Shown: positions 10,684 to 20,843, counted from the whole stretch's first letter. The stretch: DNA of 62,715 bases, filler included, from Sandaracinaceae bacterium (GCA_947483975.1; 15 parts of 15 records of this genome joined end to end with filler, not necessarily neighbours in it), one strand, 5' to 3'. Program-made: numbers and translations. Notes: generated from the letters alone by a model not told the origin.

Positions 10684-11688
10684 ATGCGCTCTATTGCCGT
10701 TTGCCTCGCCCTGCTTCTCGCGCTCGTCGTCTCCGGCGCTGCGACCCGAGCCCGCGCAGAGAGCGGTGCGCTCCCTTGCAGGCCGGGCGCGCTCATGGTC
10801 GCTCCTGCGGCGGGCGACGTCCCCGCCAACTGGCCCTTCTTCGAGTACTCGGGGCTCCCCAGCCCGTCCGGCGGCTTCAACTGGGGCGCCGTGCGCCTCG
10901 AGCGCGTCCGGGATGGCGTCGTCGTGCCGACGGTCTCGTCGGCGTACTGGCCGAGCGGCGTCGCGCCCCTCGAGGACCTCGTCCCCGGCGAGGACTACGA
11001 CCTCTATCAGCCGCTCTGCTACAGCGACTCGCCACGCGCGGTGCGTTACCACGCCGTCGCGCCCATCGCGGCGCCGAGCACGCTCGGCACGATCACCGTC
11101 TCGCCGCTCTACGGGGCGTATTCGGGCCACGGCTCGACTGGCCTCTATCACTTCGTGGACGTCGTGCTTGCGCCGGAGGCGGGCTTCGGCACCGAGCCCT
11201 GGGCGAGCTCCTTCCGGTGGTCCACGGAGATCGATGGGACGGCAGGCACCTTCGGCATACGGACGCTCGGCGACCTCACCGCGCGCATCCCCGTGACGTG
11301 CAGCGTCGGCAGCGCCGGGGTCCCCGGGTTCGGGGACCACTCGTTCCGCGGGGTCGCGTTCGTCGTGCAGGGCGCGACGCGCTTCTCGACGCCCGCCGTC
11401 GCGACGAGCTTCTCGGCGGAGGGCTGCGCGGCCGCGCCGCGCGTGGACGCGACGACCTTGCGCCCGCTGACGGCGGACGAGATCGCGTTCTGGGAGACCC
11501 CCGAGATGGACGCCGGCGTGCCGCCCGACTGCGGCTCGTCGATGGACGGCGGTCGCCTGTGTACGGCGACCGAGCGCGACACGAACTCGAACTGCTCCGT
11601 CGCCGTCGGGCGCCGCGGAGGCTCGCTGCCGTGGGCGCTGCTCGGCGTCGTCATGCTCGGGCTCGCGGCCGCGCGACGCCGGCGGTAG
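10684..11688 (+). CDS. Secreted protein with MYXO-CTERM-like sorting tail
   Basis: GGAGG RBS, signal peptide, C-terminus NCSVAVGRRGGSLPWALLGVVMLGLAAARRRR. Confidence 0.75.
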   Translation: MRSIAVCLALLLALVVSGAATRARAESGALPCRPGALMVAPAAGDVPANWPFFEYSGLPSPSGGFNWGAVRLERVRDGVVVPTVSSAYWPSGVAPLEDLVPGEDYDLYQPLCYSDSPRAVRYHAVAPIAAPSTLGTITVSPLYGAYSGHGSTGLYHFVDVVLAPEAGFGTEPWASSFRWSTEIDGTAGTFGIRTLGDLTARIPVTCSVGSAGVPGFGDHSFRGVAFVVQGATRFSTPAVATSFSAEGCAAAPRVDATTLRPLTADEIAFWETPEMDAGVPPDCGSSMDGGRLCTATERDTNSNCSVAVGRRGGSLPWALLGVVMLGLAAARRRR

Positions 11689-11697
11689 ACGCGGCGC

Positions 11698-12654
11698 TCA
11701 GCGGGCGCGGCGGCGATTGCGTGAACGCACGAGGAGCGCCGCGAAGAGCCCGCACGCGGCGCTCAGCACACTCGACGCACCACCTGCGCCCGGCGCGCTC
11801 ACGCCGCACGCGGGCGCGAAGAAATTGCCCTGGATCGGGTCCACGCAGCCGAGCGGACCTTCGGCGGTGTGACCGACCGCGTCGACCGCGACGACGACGA
11901 CGCAGATGGGCGACACTGCCTCGCTCGGCGCGAGCGTGAAGGCGAGCGGGATGCTGACGCCCGCGAAGTTGCGCACGCGCGAGCGCAGCACGGGGCGCTC
12001 GATGCCGGGGCCGCGCGTCTGAAAGAGCAGGTACTCGAGGTCGCCGCCCGCGCCGTCGCTGTCGGTCGCGGGCGCGACGCTGACGTCGATGCGATAGCCG
12101 CCGCCGTCCACGCAGGGGCGCGCGTCGACCGCGGCGGGTGTGATGGTCGGCGTCCCGTCGAAGACGGGCGGGAGCGTGTCGTTGCTCGTGCCCGTCCGGA
12201 AGCGGAAGCGCGCTTGCAGGATGTCGATGCCGAACGCCGTGCCGGTGTACTGCGCGGAGGCTTGCCACGGCGCGGCGGGGCGAAAGATGAGCGTATCGCC
12301 GAGGCGCTCGAGCGTGCCGGGCACGGGAGCGTCCGACGCGTCGCGCACCTCGAGGAGGCGCGTCAGCGGATCGCGCCAGACGTCGAAGAATCCCGGCGTG
12401 TACCGCACGCGCACGGGCGCATCGAGGGACACTCCGCTCGCGCCCGCCGCGGGGAAGAACTCGAGCGGACCAAGCTCGACAGGGCCGCCGCAGTCGACCA
12501 GCCCGGCGTCGTCCGCGCGCGCAGACGCCCCACAAAACGCGCCGTTCGCGACGAGGCAGGCGACGAGGCAGGCGACGACGCAGGCCCCCGTCCAGAGCGC
12601 GCCACGCGCGTCCCGTCGGGCTCGCTCGACTCGTGGCTCGACCCCTGCGCGCAC
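11698..12654 (-). CDS. Ig-like (Big_5-type) domain protein with MYXO-CTERM-like tail
   Basis: FPAAGASGVSLDAPVRVRY...LIFRPAAPW...YT; Cys-hydrophobic-Arg-rich C-terminus; start uncertain. Confidence 0.7.
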   Translation of the reverse strand: MRAGVEPRVERARRDARGALWTGACVVACLVACLVANGAFCGASARADDAGLVDCGGPVELGPLEFFPAAGASGVSLDAPVRVRYTPGFFDVWRDPLTRLLEVRDASDAPVPGTLERLGDTLIFRPAAPWQASAQYTGTAFGIDILQARFRFRTGTSNDTLPPVFDGTPTITPAAVDARPCVDGGGYRIDVSVAPATDSDGAGGDLEYLLFQTRGPGIERPVLRSRVRNFAGVSIPLAFTLAPSEAVSPICVVVVAVDAVGHTAEGPLGCVDPIQGNFFAPACGVSAPGAGGASSVLSAACGLFAALLVRSRNRRRAR

Positions 12655-12888
12655 TCCCCGACACTAGCAGGGCGCGCGCTCTGCGCTCGCCTCGGCTCCC
12701 GCCGCCATGGTACGGCTCGGGCGTGACGGCTCCGGACGCCCGCCTCCCAGCGACCGCGCACTTCGACGCCGGGCTGCTCCTCGCGGCCNNNNNNNNNNNN
12801 NNNNNNNNNNNNNNNNNNNNNNNNNNNNNNNNTTAATTAATTAANNNNNNNNNNNNNNNNNNNNNNNNNNNNNNNNNNNNNNNNNNNN

Positions 12889-15385
12889 CCTCGCGGGCGG
12901 AGCCGAGCGTGTCGTCCCCCGCCGCGCGCTGCACGTCGTTGCGCACGATCGCGACCTCGGCGCCGCGCTTGGGCGACTCGGGGGGCGTGATGCGCGATAG
13001 AAACGTGCGCGCGCCTTCCACGTCGCCGTCGACGAGGGACATCCGCGCGAGCTCGAGCAGAGTGTCGGCGACCCGCGACATCCCGAGCCGCTCGAAGGTG
13101 CGGTGCGCCGCCTCGAACGCCGCGCGGGCCGAGCCGACGTGCCCGAACGCGGCCTCGACGCGGCCGCGCAGGAGGAGCCCTTCGCCAGCGACCGACGGCG
13201 GCAGGCCAGCGCCGCCGACGTGCGTCGCGAATTCGCAGAGCGTGCGCGCGCGGTCGCGGTCGCCGATGCTCAGGTAAAGCTCGCCGAGGTTGTTGGCGAC
13301 GCGGGCGAGCATGGCGCGGTTGCCGAGGCGCTTCAGCAGCGAGACGGCCTCGTTGTAGAAGCCCTGTGCGCGCGCGTAGTCGTGCCGCAGATGTGCGAGC
13401 ACGGCGAGGTTCTCCGTCGCGATGGCGCGCTCCCGCGTGTCGCTCGCGGCCGTCGCGACCTCGATGGCGCGGGTGAAGCTCTTCTCCGCGGCCGAGAGGT
13501 CCTGCGTGCGGAGCATCGCGACGCCGAGGTTCGTGAGCGCCTGCGCCTCTTGCCGCCCGAGCCCCGCAGACTGCGCGAGCGAGCGGTTCTCGTCGAACAG
13601 CGCCGCGGCGCTGCGCGCGTTCTTCTGCGCGAGGGCGACCTTGCCGAGGGTGTTTCGCGCGGAGATCGCCAGCGGCAGCGCGCCGACCAGCCCCGCGGTC
13701 GCGAGCGCGCGCTCAGCCCAGGACTGCGCCTGCGCGTACGCGGCGCGCTGATAGTGAAGCTCCGCGAGCCCCGCCTCGACTTCGGCGGTCTGCATCGGGT
13801 CGCGGCTCTCCTCCGCGAGGCGGCGCGCGTCTTCCAGGGCGACCGAGGCGTCCTCGAGCACGCCCGAGAGCGTGAGCAGATCTCCCACCCGGCGCGCGGC
13901 CGTCGCGTCCGAGGGCGCAGCCTCACGGGCGAGGGTCGCGTGCCGCAGCGCACGGCGGTAGTCGCCGGTCATGCGATAGAGGTCGGCGAGCTGCTCGCGC
14001 AGCGCGAGCGGGATGGTGCTCGGGAGACGCGCGCCGTCGACGCTCCCACCGTCGTCGAAGGCCGTCGCGGCGCTGATCACGCGCTCGAGGAGCGTCGCGG
14101 CTTCCGCGTGGGCGTGGCGCGCGGCGAGGGACTGCGCGGCGTGCATCGCGAGCGGCACCGCGCGCAGCAGGTTGCCCGCGGCGAGGGCGTGGTGCGCGGC
14201 CTCTTGCGCGTCGCCCTCGTGGGCGAGGACCTCGACGCAGCGGGCGTGCAGCTCGCGCGTGCGCTCGAGCGTCAGCAGGGAGACGCAGCCGTCGCGGTCC
14301 GCCTCTCGCGCGAAGTCGAAGAGGATCGCGCCGTCGACGATCGTGCGGCGCACGATCTCGGTCCGCATCGGCTCCGAGCGCACGAACTCCGCGCGCGCCG
14401 TGGCGTCGACGGACACGCCGCAGACGCGCGTCAGGCGGTCCACGTCGCTCGGCCCTCGCAGCACCGCGAGCGCCTCGACCAACGAGCGCGCCCCCGTCGA
14501 GAGCTGCGCGAGCCAGCGGAGCAGCCGCGCCTCGCGCGTCGGGGGCTCGGCGTCGAGCAGCAGGTCGATCGCCTCCGGCAGCCCGCCCGTGCGCTGGAGC
14601 ACTCGCTGCACGGTCTCCGGCGACTGCAGGAGCGCGCGCACGCCGTCCGCGTCGAGCGTCCCGACCGGCACGCGCGACGACGCGGGATGGCTGATCAGCT
14701 GCGCGAGGGCGCCCCCAGGCTCGACGCCCCCCGAGAGCCCGTCGAGCGGCGAGCGCAGGCTGCCGATGAAGAGCGCGTGCAGGGCGTGCTTCGCGGCGTC
14801 GCCGTCGCCGAGCGGCGCGGCTGTCTCGAGCAGGAACGAGAGCACCGCGAGCGTGCCCTGATCGGCGCGCTCGAGGTCGTGCAGGATGATGACCGGGGCG
14901 CGCACGGCGGCGACGTCGCGGAGCAGCCCGCGGATCGCGTCGAAGAAGCGGATGCGCTTCTCGAGCGCTTCGGCCTCCGAGACCGCGCCCTGGGGCGTCG
15001 GCCGCGCAAATTCGAAGGTCGCGTCGACCTGCCGCTCACCGTGGAGGTGCCAGAAGCGGTGGCAGCCGTCGTGGCAGGCGAGGTCGCTCGCCTCGATCGT
15101 CGGGGTCGCGCCGACCTCGCGCAGGAAGCGCAGCGCCTGCTCGACGACCTCGGCGAACGGCCCGAACGCGCGCCCCGGCTCGCAGCGACCGTCGAGCACG
15201 ACGCCGCCCTCGAGCCGGACCCGCATGCGGAACTCCCCGAGGATGCGGGACTTCCCCACGCCGCTCGGGCCCTCGAGCCAGGCGACGCGCTCGCCCTCCG
15301 TTCGCGCTTCGCGATAGAGCGCCGCGAGGCGCCCCAGCTCCGCTTCGCGGCCGACACACGCTGACGAAGACCCGTGCTGCTCCAT
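12889..15385 (-). CDS. AAA_16/STAND-type ATPase with TPR repeats; 3' truncated
   Basis: CVGREAEL, GPSGVGKS Walker A, IILHDLERAD Walker B, TGGLP, multiple TPRs (NTLGKVA, TNLGVAM, NNLGELY). Confidence 0.8.
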
Positions 15386-15667
15386 GCGTTCGGACTCCCG
15401 GGTGGTACGCACCGCGCCACCAGACCCCGGAGCGTAGGGTGCTCCAGGAGGTGACACAAGGAGACGTAGGTGGCGCGAGCTCGGCATCGAGCCCGAGCCT
15501 AGTGCAAGCGCCATGCGCGCCGCGCCGTCCGACGAGGCGCGCGAGATCATTGCGAGATCCGCAGCGGCCCGGGCCGCGCGGTCGGTCGCGCCAGTCGCGC
15601 CGTGCAGATCTTGACGAGCCGGAGTGTGCCGCGCGCGTGCCTCGCCCGAACGGCGGGCAGCGCGCTC

Positions 15668-16828
15668 TCAGCGCTGCGTCGCGAGCTCCGCGAGCAGCTG
15701 ATCGAGCTTGGCGAGGAGCGCTCGGTTACCGTCCTGCGTGTGGCGCTGGAGCGCCTCCGCGTAGCCGTCCACGCGGCCGAGGAACGCGTCGAGCGCCTCG
15801 CGCGAGACCTCCTCGTGGTGCTCGCCGTAGCCGAGCAGCTCGAGGTAGCGCGCGCTGACGATCTGCTCGAAGTGCTTCACGATCGGGATGCTGTACACGG
15901 GCTTGCCGAGGTACACGGCCTCGCCCATCAGCGTGAAGCCGCCGCCCGTGATGACGGCGCGCGCGCTCGCGAGGTCGTCGATGAAGCCGGCTTCGGAGAA
16001 GCGGCGCAGGAGCACGTTCGGCGCGTAGCGGAGGTCGTCGCCCTCGGCCACGGCCTTCTCGGCGATGCTCGGCGGCAGCGGCGAGTCCGGGCGCAGAAAG
16101 CCGTAGACGTGGAAGGTCGTGTCGAGCGACGCGAGCACGTCGAGCATGGCGAGGTTGCTGGCGCTCGTCTGGTACACGAGCACGTGCGCGCCCTGCGTCG
16201 CCCGCGCCTTCGCGGAGAGGATCTCCGGCCGCAGGATCGGCGGAAAGAGCGAGGTCTCCTTGCGGTACTTCGGCTTGATCGGCGGGAAAAAGAACGTCGT
16301 GACGAGGTAGTGGCGCGCGCCGCTCATCTTCGTGCGGATCAGGCGCCGCGCGAGGTCGAAGTCACCGTGGTAGTCGCGCACGACCTCGCCGCTCGCGTTC
16401 TTTCGCTCGAGCACCTCGTCGGGGTGCTGGAGCAGCGGGATCGCGTGCTGGTTGTCGACCGAGAGCAGCGGCTTGCCGTGCGCCTTCGCGTAGAAATAGG
16501 CGAACGACTCGAAGTCGCTGATGACGGCGTCGGCGTCGAAATTGCGCACTTCGCGCACGTAGGCGTCGACGTTGTCGAGCGCGTAGCCAGCGCCCTCCGT
16601 GAGGATCTTCATCGCAGTCTTGTCGCGGTCGACGGCGTTGTCCTCGTAGAGGAGCGCCAAGCCGCTGATCTCGACGACGTCTTCGAAGTGCTTCGAGAGA
16701 AACGCGTGCGCCCGCCCGCTGACGACGATCTTCAGCGTGTGACCGCGCGCCGCGAGGTGCTCGAGCACGACCCTCGAGCGCACCGCGTGACCCATCCCCT
16801 CACCGACGACTCCGTAGAGAATCTTCAT
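15668..16828 (-). CDS. MJ1255/VC2487-family glycosyltransferase (GT-B)
   Basis: MKILYGVVGEGMGHAVRS, ISDFE, SVDNQH, GGFTLMGEAVYLGKP, HFEQ motifs. Confidence 0.88.
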   Translation of the reverse strand: MKILYGVVGEGMGHAVRSRVVLEHLAARGHTLKIVVSGRAHAFLSKHFEDVVEISGLALLYEDNAVDRDKTAMKILTEGAGYALDNVDAYVREVRNFDADAVISDFESFAYFYAKAHGKPLLSVDNQHAIPLLQHPDEVLERKNASGEVVRDYHGDFDLARRLIRTKMSGARHYLVTTFFFPPIKPKYRKETSLFPPILRPEILSAKARATQGAHVLVYQTSASNLAMLDVLASLDTTFHVYGFLRPDSPLPPSIAEKAVAEGDDLRYAPNVLLRRFSEAGFIDDLASARAVITGGGFTLMGEAVYLGKPVYSIPIVKHFEQIVSARYLELLGYGEHHEEVSREALDAFLGRVDGYAEALQRHTQDGNRALLAKLDQLLAELATQR

Positions 16829-16836
16829 GTCTCGCC

Positions 16837-17038
16837 TCAGTCCCTGTAGTCGTCGATCTCGATGCCGTAGCGCTTCATGTAGCGGTGCACCTGCATCCGC
16901 TCTTTGCCGAGCTCGCGCCCGACGGCCGCGATGTTGCCCTTGTGCCGCGCCAGCAGCGCGCGGAGCGCTGGCTCGCTCGGACCGCGCTGCGAGCCCAACG
17001 CGCCAGTCGGCGGCTCGCCGGCCGCGGAGGGCGGGGCG
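16837..17038 (-). CDS. Fis-type HTH C-terminus of a sigma54 activator; 5' truncated
   Basis: Manual translation ...LLARHKGNIAAVGRELGKERMQVHRYMKRYGIEIDDYRD*. Confidence 0.75.
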
Positions 17039-17138
17039 NNNNNNNNNNNNNNNNNNNNNNNNNNNNNNNNNNNNNNNNNNNNTTAATTAATTAANNNNNN
17101 NNNNNNNNNNNNNNNNNNNNNNNNNNNNNNNNNNNNNN

Positions 17139-17313
17139 CCCCGCGCTGCGCCCCGCCGCACGCCGAGAGCGCAAAGCACAGGCCGAGGAGCCCCGCGCCC
17201 CACGCCGCCGAGCCGCCCGGCGCCCCCTCGACCCGACGCCGCGCGACCACGAGCCCGAACGCGACGGACCCGAGCAGATACGCAGCAGTCACGACGGTGA
17301 GCCCGAGCCACAC
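17139..17313 (-). CDS. Membrane/lipoprotein fragment with PlsY-like first helix; 3' truncated
   Basis: AAYLLGSVAFGLVVARR followed by a second hydrophobic stretch and LSAC lipobox. Confidence 0.4.
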
Positions 17314-17439
17314 GGCCGCCGAGCATAGCCCGCGTCGCCCCGCCGTCCCCGCGCGCTCCTCTTTATTGGAGCCGCTCGCCCGTTCGGACTACACTTGCCT
17401 ACATCAACGCACCCGCGATGGGTGCCCGGGAGGCGAGCG

Positions 17440-17838
17440 ATGAGCGAGCGCAGAAACGCGATGCGAGTGCCGATTGGCGTGTATCTCGACCAGATCGTCG
17501 GGGACGAGACGCACCGCTGCTTCGGCACCGACCTCAGTCCGACCGGCGTCTACATGGAGCGCCCGTTCTCGGAGCTGACGCGCCCGACGCGCGAGGTGCA
17601 GCTGGAGCTGCCGCTGCCGGGGCTGAGCGAGCCCCTCTGGGCGCGCGGCGAGGTGATCTATGACCGCGTCGACGGGCTCTTTCACGGGCAGGCGATCCGC
17701 TTCGTCGCGATGGCGCGGGCGGAGCGCAAGGCGCTCGAGCGCTTCTTGTTCGAGGAGCGCCGCGCGCTCTACCGCCCCTACGTGCGCCTCTCGCACGGCG
17801 TGCGCGTCGTGCGCCCCGCCAAGCGCAACGCCAACTAG
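17440..17838 (+). CDS. PilZ domain protein
   Basis: RxxxR (ERRNAMR) and DxSxxG (DLSPTG) motifs; GGAGG RBS. Confidence 0.85.
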   Translation: MSERRNAMRVPIGVYLDQIVGDETHRCFGTDLSPTGVYMERPFSELTRPTREVQLELPLPGLSEPLWARGEVIYDRVDGLFHGQAIRFVAMARAERKALERFLFEERRALYRPYVRLSHGVRVVRPAKRNAN

Positions 17839-17865
17839 CTCACGCCGCCCGGTGGGGCGCTCAGC

Positions 17866-18516
17866 TCAGGCCGCGGCGGCCTCCTCAGCGGGCAGCGTCA
17901 CGCCGACGACGTGCGCCAGCTCCCGCTCGAGGCGGCTGCGGATCTTGTGCTTCTTCGAGTAGACGGTCTTGATCGAGATGTTCAGCTGGTCGGCGACCTC
18001 CTCGGGCGAGAGGCCGTCCACGTAGTACATCTGCACGAACGTCCGGTCCTTCTCGGAGAAGCTCGCCAGCGTCGCGTTGACCTCCTGCCAGCGCTGCTTC
18101 TCGGCGAGCTGCTCGTAGGCGTCGGCGCCCGGCGCGCTGATCAGCTCCGCGTCGGCGAGCGCGGTCGTCTGCGGCTGCCGCGCGACGGTGCGCAGGTGGT
18201 CCCAGGCCGCGTTGGTCGCGAGCAGCCCGACCCAGCTCGAGAGCTTGTTGCCGCGCTCGAAGTCGAAGGTGCGGAGCTTGTGCATGTCCCGCGCGGTCAG
18301 GCTGACGAGGAGCGACGCGTAGACCTCGCGCACATCTTCGCTGGTGAGCACGCTGGCGAAGCGCCCGGTGACCTTGTGGATGCAGCGGAAGATCAGCCGG
18401 TCGTAGCGGCGATGAAACTCGCGCCACGCCTTGCCCGAGCGGTCCAGCATGCGCGCGAGGAGCTCCTGCTCAGACCACTCGCTCACTCCACCGACCAGCG
18501 TCATCGTGCGTTCCAT
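17866..18516 (-). CDS. ECF-type RNA polymerase sigma factor
   Basis: Region 2 (AWREFHRRYDRLIF...SWVGLLATNAAWDHLR) and region 4 (GLSPEEVADQLNISIKTVYSKKHKIR). Confidence 0.88.
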   Translation of the reverse strand: MERTMTLVGGVSEWSEQELLARMLDRSGKAWREFHRRYDRLIFRCIHKVTGRFASVLTSEDVREVYASLLVSLTARDMHKLRTFDFERGNKLSSWVGLLATNAAWDHLRTVARQPQTTALADAELISAPGADAYEQLAEKQRWQEVNATLASFSEKDRTFVQMYYVDGLSPEEVADQLNISIKTVYSKKHKIRSRLERELAHVVGVTLPAEEAAAA

Positions 18517-18570
18517 CGCTCTGCGGCTCCCTGCATCGCGCGCCGTCACGGCGTCGCTGGGGACCCATAG

Positions 18571-18586
18571 AGCAGCCGCCGTGCCA
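18571..18586 (-). promoter_or_regulatory. Sigma54 promoter upstream of the ECF sigma gene
   Basis: Minus strand TGGCACGGCGGCTGCT, near-consensus with GG-N10-GC. Confidence 0.8.
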
Positions 18587-18678
18587 AGCCCGCTCGCGCG
18601 CACGCCTGGCAGAAACAGAGCGTTTTTGGGGGGCGCGCCCGCCCCGCGGCGTCACAACGGCCCACGCGCGGGCGTCAC

Positions 18679-18701
18679 AGCGTAACGAACGCTGTTACGC
18701 T
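18679..18701. promoter_or_regulatory. Inverted repeat, putative enhancer (UAS)
   Basis: AGCGTAAC-N7-GTTACGCT about 100 bp upstream of the sigma54 site; extra GGCGTCACA and CTGTTACGC copies nearby. Confidence 0.5.
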
Positions 18702-18816
18702 CCGGCCCGTGAGCGCCTCCGCCCTCTGCCCCACTGTTACGCGGCCCGGGCGCGCGACCTTCCCCGTGAGCGCGCGTCTACGGGAACGTCTCGCCTCCGC
18801 CGTTGTCACGAGCCCC

Positions 18817-20100
18817 ATGCCCAGACTCGCCACGTCTCTGCCGCTGACCCTCCCGCTCGCCGCCCTCGTCGCCCTCACCGTCGGCTGCGGAGGCGGCGCC
18901 CAAGGCACGCTCCACCCGACCGTCCCGACGCGCCCGCGCGTCGTCCAGATGGAGGAGATGCACATCGGCGGCGCCGGGGAGGGCGTCCCCGGGCTCGGGA
19001 ACACCTACGACGCCAACATGCTCTTCGACCAGGCGACCAACCTGCTCAACTCGCGCCGCTGCGACGACGCCGTCGTCCTCTACGAGCGCCTCGCCCGCGA
19101 GTTCCCCGAGAGCCCGCTCGTCTCGCCGTCCATCTACAACAGCGGCCTCTGCCTCGAGGACCGGAGCGAGCTTCCCCGCGCCGCCGAGAAGTTCCGCGCG
19201 CTCCTCGCGCTGCCGAGCCGCGACCCGCGCGACGCGCTCCACGCGCACTTCATGCTCTCGAACATCGCCGTCCGGCTCGAGCTATGGGACGAGGCGATCG
19301 CCCTCTGCGACGAGGCGCTGACGAACACCGACCTCGACCCCGACGACCGCATCTCGCTCCTCGCGAGGAAGGCGCAGGCCCAGTTCGGCGCCCACCGCCT
19401 CGACGCCGCCAACCACGACGGGCAGGCAGCGCTCGCCTATTACCGCATGCAGCAGGAGTCCCAGCCCATCCAGGACGACTTCTCCGTCGGCGCCGCGGGC
19501 TTCGTCGTCGCCGAGACGTTCCGCGAGCGCGCCGACGCGATCCACCTGCCGGAGGGCACGACCGAGGTCCAGCGCGTCGCCCTCGAGGCGCGCGCCCGCA
19601 TCCTGCTCGACGCGCAGCGCGAGTACTTCAACACCATCCGCCTCGGCAACGCCCACTGGGCGGCGGCGAGCGGCTACCGCATCGGCCAGATGTACGACGC
19701 CTTCTGGACCGAGATCACGAGCTCCCCGGTCCCCCCGCGCCCCGACCTCAGCCGCGACCTCTACGCCGTCTTCTCCGACGAGTATCACAAGAGCCTCCGG
19801 GAGATGGTCAAGCCGCTCCTGCAGCACGCCATCCGCTACTGGGAGATGACGCTGATGATGGTCGAGCGCACCGGCGTGCGCTCCGAGTGGACCGAGCGCA
19901 CCCGCGCAGACCTCGCCCGCGTCCAGGGTGCCCTCGTCGAGCAGGTCCCAGGCGCCGCTCCCCCCGCCCCCACCCCGCCGCCGCCCCCTGCTGCCGGTGC
20001 GCCGGGCGCCGGGGCCGCCACCGCGCAGGCGCCGGACGACCACCCCCCCGCACAAGGGAACGGCGCCAGCCTCAGCGCCCCCCCCGCCGCGGGCCACTGA
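18817..20100 (+). CDS. TPR-repeat lipoprotein
   Basis: LTVGC lipobox, BamD/YbgF-like TPR (YERLAREFPESPL...YNSGLC), Pro/Ala-rich tail. Confidence 0.8.
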   Translation: MPRLATSLPLTLPLAALVALTVGCGGGAQGTLHPTVPTRPRVVQMEEMHIGGAGEGVPGLGNTYDANMLFDQATNLLNSRRCDDAVVLYERLAREFPESPLVSPSIYNSGLCLEDRSELPRAAEKFRALLALPSRDPRDALHAHFMLSNIAVRLELWDEAIALCDEALTNTDLDPDDRISLLARKAQAQFGAHRLDAANHDGQAALAYYRMQQESQPIQDDFSVGAAGFVVAETFRERADAIHLPEGTTEVQRVALEARARILLDAQREYFNTIRLGNAHWAAASGYRIGQMYDAFWTEITSSPVPPRPDLSRDLYAVFSDEYHKSLREMVKPLLQHAIRYWEMTLMMVERTGVRSEWTERTRADLARVQGALVEQVPGAAPPAPTPPPPPAAGAPGAGAATAQAPDDHPPAQGNGASLSAPPAAGH

Positions 20101-20132
20101 GCCGTTCGCCACTGAGCCGTTCGCGACTGAGC
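20094..20132. repeat. 15-bp tandem repeat starting at the stop codon
   Basis: ccactgagccgttcg ccactgagccgttcg cgactgagc. Confidence 0.7.
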
Positions 20133-20192
20133 CCCGGGCAATGGCGCGGCATCAGCCCTGATCCCAAAACACCTCCCATGCTAGAACCGTGC

Positions 20193-20221
20193 TTGACAGC
20201 CCACAGGGTCGAGCGTAAGAA
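20193..20221 (+). promoter_or_regulatory. Sigma70-type promoter of the tRNA-tuf operon
   Basis: TTGACA-N17-TAAGAA upstream of the first tRNA. Confidence 0.55.
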
Positions 20222-20313
20222 AGGCGCCCTCGTCTCCCCCGGATGCGGTCTTCCGTCCGTTCCCCGGGGCTCTCGTGGGGCGCTCGCCCAGCAAAACGCT
20301 GGTCGGGAGCCAG

Positions 20314-20385
20314 GCTGGCGTAGCTCAATGGTAGAGCACCTGCCTTGTAAGCAGGGGGTTGTGGGTTCGATTCCCGTCGCTAGCT
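20314..20385 (+). tRNA. tRNA-Thr(TGT)
   Basis: Cloverleaf GCTGGCG/CGCTAGC, anticodon arm CCTGC-CTTGTAA-GCAGG, GGTTCGATT; CCA not encoded. Confidence 0.95.
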
Positions 20386-20485
20386 CGTGAGCCATCGCCA
20401 GTTCGTACTCAGGGTCAGTTCGCCGTTCCGCCAGTTCGCCGTTCCGACAGGCCGCCAGTTCGAGTGAGAGTTCGGTAGTATTTTC

Positions 20486-20567
20486 GGAGGGTTACCCGAG
20501 TGGACAAAGGGAGCAGACTGTAAATCTGCCGGCTATGCCTTCGATGGTTCGAATCCATCACCCTCCA
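20486..20567 (+). tRNA. tRNA-Tyr(GTA)
   Basis: GGAGGGT/ACCCTCC acceptor stem, GCAGA-CTGTAAA-TCTGC, long variable arm. Confidence 0.95.
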
Positions 20568-20612
20568 CCCCATGCATGAATCTCCGGATCGGCGCGACGG
20601 CTCATCCAACCC

Positions 20613-20688
20613 GCGGGAGTAGCTCAGTTGGTAGAGCGTCAGCCTTCCAAGCTGAACGTCGCCGGTTCGAATCCGGTCTCCCGCTCCA
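20613..20688 (+). tRNA. tRNA-Gly(TCC)
   Basis: GCGGGAG/CTCCCGC, TCAGC-CTTCCAA-GCTGA, ends in TCCA. Confidence 0.95.
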
Positions 20689-20771
20689 CCCTGCAGGTCG
20701 TCTGCAGTCCCGAGCAGCAGTGCAGTCCCGAGAGCAGTGCGGTCGAAGCAGTGCAGGCGAAGCAGTGAAGT

Positions 20772-20843
20772 GCCCAGGTAGCTCAGTGGCAGAGCACCCC
20801 CTTGGTAAGGGGGAGGTCGAGAGTTCAATCCTCTTCCTGGGCT
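20772..20843 (+). tRNA. tRNA-Thr(GGT)
   Basis: GCCCAGG/CCTGGGC acceptor stem, GGT anticodon in a C/G stem, GTTCAATC T-loop. Confidence 0.95.

Noticed and set aside
12548..12585. 12-bp tandem repeat encoding VACLVACLVA
   Set aside because: In-frame low-complexity expansion within a signal peptide; no sign of phase variation.
15502..15518. Sigma54-like site upstream of the STAND-TPR gene
   Set aside because: TTGCA is present but the invariant -24 GG reads CG at the required spacing.
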